Shown in pieces: positions 30,430 through 40,530 of a stretch of DNA of 64,000 bases (positions within the stretch are counted from its first letter, which is position 1; each line of letters begins with the position of its first letter). The position numbers and the translations under genes are program-made. The stretch lies in the sequence record SRR20825006_1611; one strand, 5' to 3'. The notes beneath the pieces were generated by a model. It saw only the letters and a list, made by a program, of their open reading frames with translations, did not search any database and was not told the origin of the DNA.

Positions 30430-30858
30430 ATGTCCAATAAAATTCTAGTCGCAGACGATGATCGCTTGTTGCGCGGACTGCTCGAGCACAAGCTCGCGGT
30501 TGCCGGATTTGAAGTCGATATCGCGGAAGACGGCGGTGCAGCCCTCGAACTCGCGCGCACCATGAAGTATGACCTGATGGTGCTTGATGCGATGATGCCC
30601 GTGATGGACGGGTTTGAAGTCCTGCGTCGACTGAAGAATGATCCCGATACGGCCAGCTTGCCGGTGGTGATGCTAACAGCTCGTCGCGGCGAGCATGATG
30701 TTCTGGATGCACTGGAGCGGGGTGCCGCTGAGTACCTGACCAAGCCTTTCATTCCGGACGAACTGGTTCTGCGTATCCGCAAGCGTATCAAGGACGAGCG
30801 CGCCCGTTTGGACGTGTCTGATCTCCAGCAGGAAGCTCCGACCGAACGCTTCGCGTAG
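30430..30858 (+). CDS. single-domain response regulator
   Basis: ADDD, LDAMMP, LTA, KPF; no output domain. Confidence 0.92.
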   Translation: MSNKILVADDDRLLRGLLEHKLAVAGFEVDIAEDGGAALELARTMKYDLMVLDAMMPVMDGFEVLRRLKNDPDTASLPVVMLTARRGEHDVLDALERGAAEYLTKPFIPDELVLRIRKRIKDERARLDVSDLQQEAPTERFA

Positions 30859-30885
30859 GTCCGACGAACCGTCCCGAGCGAATGC

Positions 30886-32757
30886 TTACCGGTCCGTTGA
30901 AGGCATGTTCATTGTAATTGAGAGTTCTGTGCCAGCTTCAGCAATGTAGACGGACCCCGGTGAAAAGCTGACGCCATCGGGGAGCGGGGATTGGGGTATC
31001 CAGTCCGTATCCAGATCCAGGCGAAGACCCTGTATGGGCAATTCGCTGTCCACCGTGATAACCATCTCGTCTTCAAAGATGCGGGCGTCGACCGATACGC
31101 TATCGCGCATGGTCCACCAATCGCCAAATTGCTGCAGTGTCCCGAACCAGGCGAAACGCTTCAGTTCAGGAACCACGGCGTTGAGGAATTCGATTTTTTC
31201 TTTCGTGACGTTGGGATGGATCAGCACGACATAGCAGCCCCCATATTCGGCGAGCCGCTTGGCGAGGTCCACGGCCGGTTCCTCCCGCAAGTTCATGTGC
31301 GGTGGAATTTCGTCTTCGATGGCGATGGGGAACTGGAAAACGCCTGTTGCACTGTCGTAGCCCCTGCTGAAATTCATGCGGTAGGGCAAATGCGTCAGAA
31401 CATTTCCCGATGTGGCACTGGAGGCGTATTTGTACCCGCTCGCGTCCAAGGCTTCAGGAAGGCGCGCCGGTGTGGCGAGGTAGCCTGGACGAAACGATAC
31501 CACTTCTGTTTCCGTGACCTGTTCCAGCAGATACTTGCTCACGCGCAGTTCGCCCAGAATTGAAGCATTCCAGGTTCTGCCTTCATTCAATACGCGGGGC
31601 TGGTAGTCAGGAAAGCGCTCGGATCCCTCGCCAAGCGGCATGTCCGAAAAAGTCTTTGCATGCGTCACCGAATGGCTGGCGACCTCCATTCCGGACTCGT
31701 TTAGATGCTGAACAATGGGCAGCGTAAAATCATTGAAGAACGCCTTGTCGTTGTAGTCGTCGAAATACTTCGTCTGAATGAAGAAGGTTCCCGGAATTCC
31801 GAGCTCTGACAGGAGGTCGCTGAATGCCCTCGTATTGGTCATGGAGTTCGAATAATCGATGTCGAAGGATATGACGACGGCGAGATCTCGCCCTTCCGGC
31901 GCGGAGTGAAGCGTGATCGCGGCCGGTTCACTTTGAGTGTAGACGGATTTTATCCATCGCAACCATGTGTCGACAGATGGCTCATAGGCGTTCGCGTAAT
32001 TTCTCGACACGCCACCATTGCGCCCGTTTGCGGACTTCAGGATGAAGAAGCCGAGATCAAAGCCGATAGCATAAGCTTGTCCACCCTGTTTGGAGGCGTG
32101 CGCCACCACAGCTGCGGATCCATCATCGTAGGTGGCCAGAATATTTGTCGCGCCAACGAACGCTTGGGTGCCGATGCGGTGTAGGTCCTTATCAGGGTTT
32201 CCAATCCTGACGGTCCTTTCTTCTGGCCGGTCGATAAAGGACAAGGTGGGGTGAGATCCGGAAAAGCGAATCTCCGAATGGTCACGGAATTCTTCGATGC
32301 GGTCGAAGCCAAACACGCCTTGCAATCCTCCGCCAAGGATTTGCGTCGCGATCAATGTGCCGCCGGATTCCACGTGCTGGGCGAGGGTCTCCAAGTCTTC
32401 GGCATCCAGCAGACGACCTGAAATTGCTGGATACGCGAGCACGACCTTGTGTTGGACAGCCGCTTTGGTGTTTCGCGTGATCAAGAAGGGGACACCGATG
32501 CTTTTCAACCCTTCAGCCAGTCCGAGCCAGGAGGAATCTTCATCGGTCAGCAGGATGGCGAGTCGCGATTCCGATCCATCGGCGTGAACTGACCAACTGG
32601 ACGATTGACCATCCGCAATGATGCTATCTGCGGTGGGACCATTCAGACCTGCAAGTCCCTCGAGCGATGGGCGCCGCACATATGTGAGGATGCTTATGGT
32701 GATCGCCGCAATTATCAGGGCAGAAATCAGGACTGCGACGCGTTTGTTCCAGAACAT
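30886..32757 (-). CDS. membrane-anchored polysaccharide deacetylase-domain protein
   Basis: SFDID, HSVTH, FRPG, LIHP NodB-like motifs; N-terminal TM. Confidence 0.8.
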   Translation of the reverse strand: MFWNKRVAVLISALIIAAITISILTYVRRPSLEGLAGLNGPTADSIIADGQSSSWSVHADGSESRLAILLTDEDSSWLGLAEGLKSIGVPFLITRNTKAAVQHKVVLAYPAISGRLLDAEDLETLAQHVESGGTLIATQILGGGLQGVFGFDRIEEFRDHSEIRFSGSHPTLSFIDRPEERTVRIGNPDKDLHRIGTQAFVGATNILATYDDGSAAVVAHASKQGGQAYAIGFDLGFFILKSANGRNGGVSRNYANAYEPSVDTWLRWIKSVYTQSEPAAITLHSAPEGRDLAVVISFDIDYSNSMTNTRAFSDLLSELGIPGTFFIQTKYFDDYNDKAFFNDFTLPIVQHLNESGMEVASHSVTHAKTFSDMPLGEGSERFPDYQPRVLNEGRTWNASILGELRVSKYLLEQVTETEVVSFRPGYLATPARLPEALDASGYKYASSATSGNVLTHLPYRMNFSRGYDSATGVFQFPIAIEDEIPPHMNLREEPAVDLAKRLAEYGGCYVVLIHPNVTKEKIEFLNAVVPELKRFAWFGTLQQFGDWWTMRDSVSVDARIFEDEMVITVDSELPIQGLRLDLDTDWIPQSPLPDGVSFSPGSVYIAEAGTELSITMNMPSTDR

Positions 32758-32838
32758 CCATTTGTGCCTGTTGAGAGGGTTTCATCCCCAGAAACCGTGA
32801 AACCACCTATATTTCGTGAACGCGTTGAATAGTAAGTC

Positions 32839-33534
32839 CTAGTACTCGTATTTCTCGATGTGAGTCAGCTTGAGCGTATAGGCGGCGTCCGCCAGTTCGC
32901 TCTCCTGCGTCTCGGCGGTTAGGATGCCTTCAACCCAGACGGCCTGCGCCAGATCTTCCAACAGGATGGGCTCGTCCGTCGTTACGAATACGGTTTGATT
33001 TGGTGGCGGGGGTGGGGCGTGGATACAGGCGCCGAAATAGGGGACCATAAGGAATTCGCTCACTTCGGCTTTTGAGCCATATTCAAACGGCACGGTATAG
33101 CCCGGCAACCTGATCGATTTGCCGTTGAGTTCCTTGACGGTGTTGAACGTGCCGATCTGCACCATGGCGTCCGCAGCCGATCCTTCTGCTACGCCTCCGC
33201 CACCATAGAGCATCGACATCTGGCTCTGGTACATCTGGGCGAGACGTTCTTCTTCGCCTTCCGGCATCAAGTCTTCCCAGCCGATCTCGGTCACGCCGCG
33301 CGCTTCGGCCTCGGATTTTTTGCGGGCCTGATCTGCGGCGCGCGCGGCAATCGTTGCTTCGCGTTTGGCTTTGCGCTCAGCTTCGCTTTCGCCAATCTTG
33401 TCGCCAACTTGTGGGGTCGCTGCATCTGGTGCTGCTTCAGCAGGTGCGGGTTCGGCTGGCGTATCTGCTTCGCTGCAGGCTGCCAGTAAGCCTGTCATCA
33501 GGGCGGCGGTCAGGAGGGGAGAGAGTTTTTTCAT
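32839..33534 (-). CDS. DUF3299 lipoprotein
   Basis: LAAC lipobox; WEDLMP; VPYFGACIHAPPPPPNQ. Confidence 0.9.
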   Translation of the reverse strand: MKKLSPLLTAALMTGLLAACSEADTPAEPAPAEAAPDAATPQVGDKIGESEAERKAKREATIAARAADQARKKSEAEARGVTEIGWEDLMPEGEEERLAQMYQSQMSMLYGGGGVAEGSAADAMVQIGTFNTVKELNGKSIRLPGYTVPFEYGSKAEVSEFLMVPYFGACIHAPPPPPNQTVFVTTDEPILLEDLAQAVWVEGILTAETQESELADAAYTLKLTHIEKYEY

Positions 33535-33583
33535 GATGCCAATCTAGGATGCGCGGGGTGACCCCGCCAGTGGGTGTGAGCGG

Positions 33584-34852
33584 TTAGAGCCGAAGGGATA
33601 ATCCATCGGCCAGCGACCTGCGGAACGCCATCCAGGCGGGTATCGCCCCGGCGACCAGGGCGGCGCCCGTGACCGCCAGCAGTGTATACAGGTCGTTCAG
33701 GCTGGGCCCGGTGCCAATTAGGGATATGCCGTAATGCGCTGAAACAAGCGGACCGATCACTGCCAGCAGCCCATGGATGAGAAGAATGCCTAGCAATGCG
33801 CCAAGGAGGCCCACCAACCCTGCTTCAAGCACCAACAGCGTGAAGATGTGACCGGGTCGAGCACCGACCGCACGAAGGATCGACATTTCGCGTCGCCGCT
33901 CGTTGAGGCTGGTGAGGATGGAGGTCAAAATCGAAACCACGCCCACCGCGATGACGAATATCGAGACGGCCAGCAACGCCCGTTCGGCAATTGCGGTCAC
34001 ACTCCATAGTTCCGTGAGCGCCTGTGATGGAATGATCGCCATCAATGGCTCGCCCTTGTTGGTGTTGATCTCGCGGCGTGTGGTCAAGATGGTGCCTTTA
34101 CGTTTCAGGCCGAGATAGATCGCCGTGACAGTCTTGGGTGTGAGATCGAAGGACCGCACGGTCTCTTCGGAAATACTGTCGGCTAGCGGATTCTTTGCGC
34201 CGGTTTCCCAGCCGACATGGATGGCGGTGATGGCTTCCAGTGAGACATGTACCGTCTGGTCCACCGGCGTACCAGTCGGGGCAAGAATGCCAACAACCCG
34301 GAACGGGCGGTTTTCATGACTTGAGCCAAAGTCGGCTTGGCCCAGCCCATGCGACAGGACCATGGGGCTATTGATCGAATACCCCAGTTCGCGAGCCACA
34401 TCGGCGCCGATGACCGCATCGAACAGATCGTCAAACGGTTCGCCCTGCGCGATCATCAGGTCCTGATTGCGGCCAAACTTGTAGCGGTCAAAATATTCGG
34501 GCGTTGTGCCCATGACGCGGAATCCGCGATGGCTGTCTCCGAGGGAGATCGGAACAGCCCAGTCTATATCCGGCCGCGTGGCGATCTCCTGATAGGTCGG
34601 CCACGAAATTTCTGCTGTCGCGCTGCCCATTCGAAAGACCGAATAAAGCAGCAAGTTCACGCTGCCGGTAGGTGCGCCGACAATCAGTTCGGTGCCAGAG
34701 ATAGTGTTGCCGAAGCCTTCGCGGGCGCCTGTGCGGGCTTTGTCTACGCCCAGAAAAAGTGCCACCGACAAGGCAACTGCCAACAGGGTGAGCAAAACAG
34801 ATCCCTTGCGGTTCATGAGGCTCTGCCAGGCGAGAGACAGGATAGCGCTCAT
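33584..34852 (-). CDS. MacB/FtsX-type ABC permease (ZrgC-like)
   Basis: PISLGDSHRG, LSHG, ERRREMSILRAVGA. Confidence 0.9.
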   Translation of the reverse strand: MSAILSLAWQSLMNRKGSVLLTLLAVALSVALFLGVDKARTGAREGFGNTISGTELIVGAPTGSVNLLLYSVFRMGSATAEISWPTYQEIATRPDIDWAVPISLGDSHRGFRVMGTTPEYFDRYKFGRNQDLMIAQGEPFDDLFDAVIGADVARELGYSINSPMVLSHGLGQADFGSSHENRPFRVVGILAPTGTPVDQTVHVSLEAITAIHVGWETGAKNPLADSISEETVRSFDLTPKTVTAIYLGLKRKGTILTTRREINTNKGEPLMAIIPSQALTELWSVTAIAERALLAVSIFVIAVGVVSILTSILTSLNERRREMSILRAVGARPGHIFTLLVLEAGLVGLLGALLGILLIHGLLAVIGPLVSAHYGISLIGTGPSLNDLYTLLAVTGAALVAGAIPAWMAFRRSLADGLSLRL

Positions 34853-35544
34853 GCTGACACTCCCGCGCGATTTATCTCGCCGAGGTCTACCGCCCGGTCG
34901 AAATGTGTGGCGAGCCCGGCATCGTGGCTGACGAAGAGAAGTGCTGCGCCTGTGCGCCGCGCTTCCTCGCTCAGTAGATCAATGAATTGATCACGGGCAT
35001 CCGCATCAAGCGCTGAGGTCGGTTCGTCAGCGATCACGATTTCGGGGCCGCCGATCAGGGCGCGTGCGGCAGCGACACGTTGCTGCTGACCGACAGAAAG
35101 GTCAGAGACGCGGCGTGCCAGTAGAGTCTCGTCCGTCAGGCCCAGCCGCGAAAGCAACCGTCGGGCTTCATCGTCTTCGTTACCGTTGATTGCTGCGCGG
35201 CGCTTGGGAGAGAAACGTAGAGGCAGCGTGACATTCCCGATGACGGAGAGATAAGGCACGAGATTGAACATCTGGAAAATCACACCGAGATGGTCCGCCC
35301 TCAGGCGGTCCCGCGCTGCGGGTTCCAAGGTCGCCAGATCCTGTCCGAGAACGATGACCTCACCAGAGCCCGCCTCCAGCACACCAGCGATGATGCCGAG
35401 AAGGGTGGATTTTCCAGAGCCGGATGCTCCGCGCAGAAACAAGCGCTCGCCCGCCTTCAATTGGAAGTCTGAAATGTCGAGGACCTCATTGCCTGGCGTC
35501 CAGGCAAAGGAAAGATTCGAAATAGAGACAATCGGTTCTGCCAT
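34849..35544 (-). CDS. ABC transporter ATP-binding protein (ZrgB-like)
   Basis: GASGSGKS, LSVGQQQR, ADEPT. Confidence 0.93.
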   Translation of the reverse strand: MAEPIVSISNLSFAWTPGNEVLDISDFQLKAGERLFLRGASGSGKSTLLGIIAGVLEAGSGEVIVLGQDLATLEPAARDRLRADHLGVIFQMFNLVPYLSVIGNVTLPLRFSPKRRAAINGNEDDEARRLLSRLGLTDETLLARRVSDLSVGQQQRVAAARALIGGPEIVIADEPTSALDADARDQFIDLLSEEARRTGAALLFVSHDAGLATHFDRAVDLGEINRAGVSA

Positions 35545-35545
35545 G

Positions 35546-36187
35546 TCAGGATCCGAAGGGCAGGAAAGGGCTGTCCGGTGTGAGTGACGCAGAATTGGAT
35601 TCCCCTTCTTCACCAAGATAGATGGCGTCGACTTCCTCAAAGGCGGGATAGTGTTCAAAGCCGGTGAACATGAGGCCATCCAGCTGGCTGGGGCGCTTGC
35701 AATCCCAGACTATGGACAGGGTGAGTGCAGCATGATCGCCCGATCGGCGCACTTCTGCAGAGCGCTCGACAAGGTCGCAGCGCGCATTGCCCATGAGTTC
35801 TGTCAGGCCCTCGGCATATTTTTCAAGCTCGGTGGATTTCTTCTTCGTTTTTTCCGATAGGCCGTAATTTACGAGCGGGGCGTCAACGGTGATCGTGACG
35901 AAACTGGTGTCGAGCGCAACGGCCAACTCTGCAGCGCCGTGTACATGGGCTTCGCCGCCAGCATATTCACCATGGTCCTCGTCATGACTATCATCGTCAC
36001 GGTGCTCTGCCGTATGAGCCGAGTACTCCGTATCTGACGCAGGAGGAGTGGATTCGACCGTCGGTGGAGGCTCCACTGCAGCCGGTTCAGGTTCGTATGG
36101 CACTTCTGCGCTACAGGCGACGCACAGCGTCAAACCGGCACCCGCCAGAAGCATTTTTGCGCCACGGCCCCATGATCGGTCTATCAT
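35546..36187 (-). CDS. DUF2796/ZrgA-like zinc uptake protein, probable lipoprotein
   Basis: His/Asp-rich stretch, AHVHG, two Cys; heads the ABC-DUF3299 operon. Confidence 0.8.
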   Translation of the reverse strand: MIDRSWGRGAKMLLAGAGLTLCVACSAEVPYEPEPAAVEPPPTVESTPPASDTEYSAHTAEHRDDDSHDEDHGEYAGGEAHVHGAAELAVALDTSFVTITVDAPLVNYGLSEKTKKKSTELEKYAEGLTELMGNARCDLVERSAEVRRSGDHAALTLSIVWDCKRPSQLDGLMFTGFEHYPAFEEVDAIYLGEEGESNSASLTPDSPFLPFGS

Positions 36188-36248
36188 ATCGCTCCCATTG
36201 CCCCGATTGGGGAATTCAGTGTTTTCGGAAAATCTGCTCGCAAGCTGA

Positions 36249-36271
36249 ATAATGATACCATATAACACTTC
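36249..36271. promoter_or_regulatory. putative Zur box
   Basis: TGATACCATATAACA core resembles proteobacterial TGTTAT-N3-ATAACA; lies between divergent metal uptake genes. Confidence 0.7.
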
Positions 36272-36338
36272 TTCGCAAGGCCGCAGGACGCGGTTATAGA
36301 CCGCACCTGACTGTTAACGGACCGGCTTACCGCTTTCC

Positions 36339-37136
36339 ATGTTTGAATCCATGCAGGCCCCTTTGTTTTTCGGCTTGATCGCGGCCTTTGTGACCACGGT
36401 CGGCCTCATCGCTGTGGCGATGCGGGGCGATTGGAGTGCGCGGTTCTCTGCCGTCATGGGCCTCGCGGCGGCGGGCATGCTCGTCACGCTCAGCCTGTTG
36501 CACATTGCGCCGGAAGCCTTTGCCGAAAGTTCTCAGGCGCCATACTTCATGCTGGGCGGATTCCTTGGCGGGCTGATACTTAATTACGGCCTCAACACAT
36601 TCTTCCCGGAAAGCGTGAATGGCGGCCGGATGGCGGCTGTCACCCCCATAATCGCGATTGCCATCCATTCCTTTATCGACGGCGTCATCTATTCGGTGAC
36701 CTTTGCCGCGAGCTTTTCCGCAGGTGTCTATGCGGCGGTCTCGCTGATCCTGCATGAGTTTCCGGAAGGTGTGATCGCGTTCGCGATCCTGCGCAGGCAC
36801 AATTTTTCGAACCGGCAATCCTTCCTGTGGGCCTTCCTGGCTGCGTCCGCCACGACCCCGCTGGGCGTGATTATGTCGTCGCCCTTCATGTATTTCCTGG
36901 GCAGCGAGGCGGTTGGCGCTTTGTTCGCGGCCTCCGCCGGCCTGCTCCTCTACGTTGCGACCGGCCCCTTGATGGCGCCGATGAAGGAGGAGCCGCCGCT
37001 GCGCAGCCTGTTGGCTCTGTCGGCTGGTGTCGCCATAGCGCTCGTGCTGTCCTTCCTGCCGGTACATGACCATGATGATGACCATCACGAGGCCATCCGT
37101 ATGGAAGCGCCGCATCCGCTGCCGGACGAGATTTGA
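36339..37136 (+). CDS. ZIP family metal transporter
   Basis: HSFIDG and HEFPEG motifs; His-rich C-terminal tail. Confidence 0.9.
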   Translation: MFESMQAPLFFGLIAAFVTTVGLIAVAMRGDWSARFSAVMGLAAAGMLVTLSLLHIAPEAFAESSQAPYFMLGGFLGGLILNYGLNTFFPESVNGGRMAAVTPIIAIAIHSFIDGVIYSVTFAASFSAGVYAAVSLILHEFPEGVIAFAILRRHNFSNRQSFLWAFLAASATTPLGVIMSSPFMYFLGSEAVGALFAASAGLLLYVATGPLMAPMKEEPPLRSLLALSAGVAIALVLSFLPVHDHDDDHHEAIRMEAPHPLPDEI

Positions 37137-37945
37137 TGCGGCATCGGCTCATCGCCTTTCTGGCATGCTGTCTGATAGCCTGCCTTGCTGTCACATCTGC
37201 GCCGCAAGCGGCGTTCGCCCACCCGGAAGACGAGCTTTGCCTGCCGGGGGGAGGGATGGACCCCGCTTTGTGCCGGGAGCTTCAGGAACTGGACAGGGCT
37301 GGTGACGCAACTGAAACAGGAGACAACGTCTCAGGCAGCGAGGTTGAACTCGACAGATCCGGGATCGAGACGGCGATCTTCTATGTTCGGATCGGATTCG
37401 AGCACATCCTGCCAATGGGGGTGGACCATATCCTGTTCGTCCTGGCGCTTTTCCTGTCCAGTCGGCGGATAAAGCCGCTGCTCTGGCAAATCTCCGCCTT
37501 CACGCTGGCGCACACATCCACGCTCGGCCTTGCGGCTGCCGGGGTGATCTCGCCTCCGGCAAGTATCGTCGAGCCACTGATTGCTCTGACAATCGCCTGG
37601 GCCGCGCTTGAGAACATCCTGTTCAAGGAACCAAGCGCCTGGCGTCCGGCACTCGTATTCGGCTTTGGCCTGATCCACGGCATGGGTTTCGCCGGTGCGT
37701 TTGGGGATCTCGGCCTGCCACCGGGGATCTTCTGGCCAGCTTTGATCGGATTCAATGTCGGCGTTGAGATCGGCCAGCTCGCCGTTATCGGCATGGCGCT
37801 TGCAGTGTCCGTTGTCATCAGGGGCGCCCTGAAGCAGGCCGGCCGGCCAGACCTCTACCGGCCAGTTCTGGTATGGCCGGTATCGGCGGCCATCGGAGCA
37901 ATTGGGCTCTGGTGGGCAATCGAGCGGACCTTCCTTAACTCTTAG
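37133..37945 (+). CDS. HupE/UreJ family protein
   Basis: GFEHI..G.DH, FTLAH, FGLIHGMGF, FNVGVEIGQ. Confidence 0.9.
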   Translation: MMRHRLIAFLACCLIACLAVTSAPQAAFAHPEDELCLPGGGMDPALCRELQELDRAGDATETGDNVSGSEVELDRSGIETAIFYVRIGFEHILPMGVDHILFVLALFLSSRRIKPLLWQISAFTLAHTSTLGLAAAGVISPPASIVEPLIALTIAWAALENILFKEPSAWRPALVFGFGLIHGMGFAGAFGDLGLPPGIFWPALIGFNVGVEIGQLAVIGMALAVSVVIRGALKQAGRPDLYRPVLVWPVSAAIGAIGLWWAIERTFLNS

Positions 37946-37985
37946 CCTGGCAAAGTGCGCTTCGACTCGGAACGGAACGCGCTCA

Positions 37986-38630
37986 ATGGCCTCTCGCGAC
38001 TGGATCAGACATCTCAGCTCGGCTCTGCTGGCTTCGGCACTGACGGGTTGGATTGGTTTTGCAGAATACGCATCGGCGTATGTGCCCCCTCCAGCGAACG
38101 TTGAAACGACCTCGCCGCGATCACTTCTGAAGGAGCCTGGCCTTGCCCTGAGGCAGGTCTATGCTGAGGCAGCCGCATGGCGCGGTGCCGAAGCAAAGCA
38201 GGCGCGCAATGCCATGATCGCCGCCTGGCTTGGTGGACTGAACGATGCTGGTTTGGCGGACTATTCAGTACGCCATCTGGACAAGGGCTTGATCTATGCA
38301 ATCCGTTTCCGAAACCCTGTTGTCGAGGATGACATCCATGCGCTTTGGGTTGCGGTGCCGGATGGTCCGGATCTGCCGTCATCGGTCCTGCTACGCACAC
38401 CTCATCGCGGCGCGGCTGACCTGACCATTCTGGAACTGCAGTCGTGTACCTCTCGTCGGACACTGCAAGTATCCGATGACACCTTACTGACGGAGCAGGC
38501 TGAGGCCCGTGCAGTTTCTCAGCTTAGCGCCTATCTCGACACACCTGATCCGATGCCCATCACGGTATTGAGCGAAGCACGAGACATTTGTCGTCAGATT
38601 GCGCGAGTCTTGCCCACACCTGAGAAATAG
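37986..38630 (+). CDS. hypothetical exported protein
   Basis: signal-like N-terminus; fills gap. Confidence 0.6.
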   Translation: MASRDWIRHLSSALLASALTGWIGFAEYASAYVPPPANVETTSPRSLLKEPGLALRQVYAEAAAWRGAEAKQARNAMIAAWLGGLNDAGLADYSVRHLDKGLIYAIRFRNPVVEDDIHALWVAVPDGPDLPSSVLLRTPHRGAADLTILELQSCTSRRTLQVSDDTLLTEQAEARAVSQLSAYLDTPDPMPITVLSEARDICRQIARVLPTPEK

Positions 38631-38650
38631 TCCCAAAAGCTCAAGCCTGT

Positions 38651-39952
38651 TCAAGACGTTTTTCTGAGTCGCTCCGTGGCGGCTTCGTCGGCATCCCGCA
38701 TCGTGAAGCGCTTCGTGAATTCAGTTACGCGCGGAGCGATCTCGGTCTGAAAGCGTCTGCCATTGAATACGCCGTAATGGCCAACGCCCGGCTGGATATA
38801 GTCGGTCTGCATGTCTTCCGGCAACTTCACACATAGGTCGTGTGCAGCCTGTGTTTGACCGATGCCGGAAATATCATCCTTCTCGCCTTCAACCGTCATC
38901 AGCGCGACATCGCGGATCAGTTCCGGTTTGACGAGATGTGTTCCGCGATAGCGATACATGCCGCGGGCCAGCTGGTGCTCCTGAAACACGCGTACGATTG
39001 TTTGCAGGTAGAATTCTTCCGTCAGGTCGAGCACCGACAGGTATTCATCGTAGAATTCCCGATGCTTGCCGACATTGTCGCCATCCCCTTCAACCAGATG
39101 ATTGAAAAAGTTCCAGTGCGCATCGACATGGCGCGACCAGTTCATGTTCATGAAGGAAGCGAGCTGGACAAAGCCTGGATAGACTCTCCGGAACATGCCC
39201 GGGTAGGGGCCCGGCACAGTGTGGATCATGTTCTCTTCAAACCACGAAAGCGGTTTTTCCTCGGCCAGCACGTTCGGAACGGTCGGACTAAGCCGTGTGT
39301 CGATCGGCGACCCCATGAACGTCATGGAAGCGGGCCGGGCCGGGTCATCATCCTCGGCCATCATGGCGACAGCAGCAAGCACAGGCGGGCCTGGCTGACA
39401 CACGCCAAGTACATGGGCGCCCGCGCCCAGATGAGTCAGCATCGATCGTATGTGATCAATATAATCGTCCAGATCGAACCGCCCCAACCAGACAGGTGCC
39501 ATACGAGAGTCCTGCCAGTCAGTGATGTAGACATCATGGGTCGGCAGGAACGCCTCAACTGTCCCGCGCAGCAGAGTGGCATAATGGCCAGAGAGCGGGG
39601 CAGCTATCAGAAGACGGGGCTGAGGGCCGAGCTTTTCTGTATTCCGGGCGGCGGCAAGCGCTTCTGGATCCTTCTTGAAGTGGATCATGTTGCACCAAGG
39701 CGAGCGCCACGCCACAACAGGGGTCACATCAATGGGCGCGCTATTGATCCGCACCGTATCGATCCGCCATTCCGGTTTACCGTAATAGCGTGTTGCGCTT
39801 TCAAATACGTCCGCCATGGCGGACAGCGAGCGACCATAGTCGGTCTGCCCCATCAGGTTCAGCGGCGAACTCAGCGCTGCGCGACTGGCGCGCGCGGCAA
39901 CCCGCATGGGTGCCATTGCCGCCCGGTTCATTTCGACAAGTGAGTACAGCAT
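38651..39952 (-). CDS. phaZ: intracellular polyhydroxyalkanoate depolymerase
   Basis: APLSGHYATLLR, VCQP, EGEKDDI, GHYGVF. Confidence 0.94.
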   Translation of the reverse strand: MLYSLVEMNRAAMAPMRVAARASRAALSSPLNLMGQTDYGRSLSAMADVFESATRYYGKPEWRIDTVRINSAPIDVTPVVAWRSPWCNMIHFKKDPEALAAARNTEKLGPQPRLLIAAPLSGHYATLLRGTVEAFLPTHDVYITDWQDSRMAPVWLGRFDLDDYIDHIRSMLTHLGAGAHVLGVCQPGPPVLAAVAMMAEDDDPARPASMTFMGSPIDTRLSPTVPNVLAEEKPLSWFEENMIHTVPGPYPGMFRRVYPGFVQLASFMNMNWSRHVDAHWNFFNHLVEGDGDNVGKHREFYDEYLSVLDLTEEFYLQTIVRVFQEHQLARGMYRYRGTHLVKPELIRDVALMTVEGEKDDISGIGQTQAAHDLCVKLPEDMQTDYIQPGVGHYGVFNGRRFQTEIAPRVTEFTKRFTMRDADEAATERLRKTS

Positions 39953-40182
39953 CAGCTACACACCTTTCATGTTGCGGTGCAGCATAGATGGCAATCCCTA
40001 ACAGGGCAAACATATTCGCCAGATAGGCGTGTGTCGGGACGGGAACTTCATGGTTTCATTTTTCTGCAAAATTGATCGAATTCAGCAAGCTTCAGCTTAA
40101 CCGGGACAAGGTAAATTGTCCCCGAAATGGAGTGATTGCCATGTTCCTCAAATGCCAACCCAATCCCCATCGTGGCGGTCGC

Positions 40183-40524
40183 ATGACCCGGGCCATCATC
40201 TATGAGCAGGCTCCAGGCCAGCATTTTGCGATTGATGCGGAAACTCTGCACAAACAGCCGGAATTGCTCAATGATTTCGGCAGCTACATGCACACGCGCT
40301 TTCGTGTTCTGGACGCGTTGGCCTATTTCATCTGCCTTGCGGGTGTATTGGCATCTCTGGCCTTTGTCTGGTGGATGTTCCTGCCGGGCATTGCAATTTG
40401 CACCATGATGCTGGCTGTCAATCGAAAGGCCGCTGGCGAGATTGCGCTGCGAGCTGCCCGGAAATCGGCCGACAATTTCAGAAAACTGCACGAAATGGGC
40501 TGTCTCTGGCTCGTATTCGCCTGA
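40183..40524 (+). CDS. hypothetical small membrane protein
   Basis: two TM helices; start approximate. Confidence 0.6.
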   Translation: MTRAIIYEQAPGQHFAIDAETLHKQPELLNDFGSYMHTRFRVLDALAYFICLAGVLASLAFVWWMFLPGIAICTMMLAVNRKAAGEIALRAARKSADNFRKLHEMGCLWLVFA

Positions 40525-40530
40525 TCCCCG

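Noticed and set aside
26230-32840. Prophage or ICE at tRNA-Leu
   Set aside because: No integrase, phage gene or att repeat found by eye.
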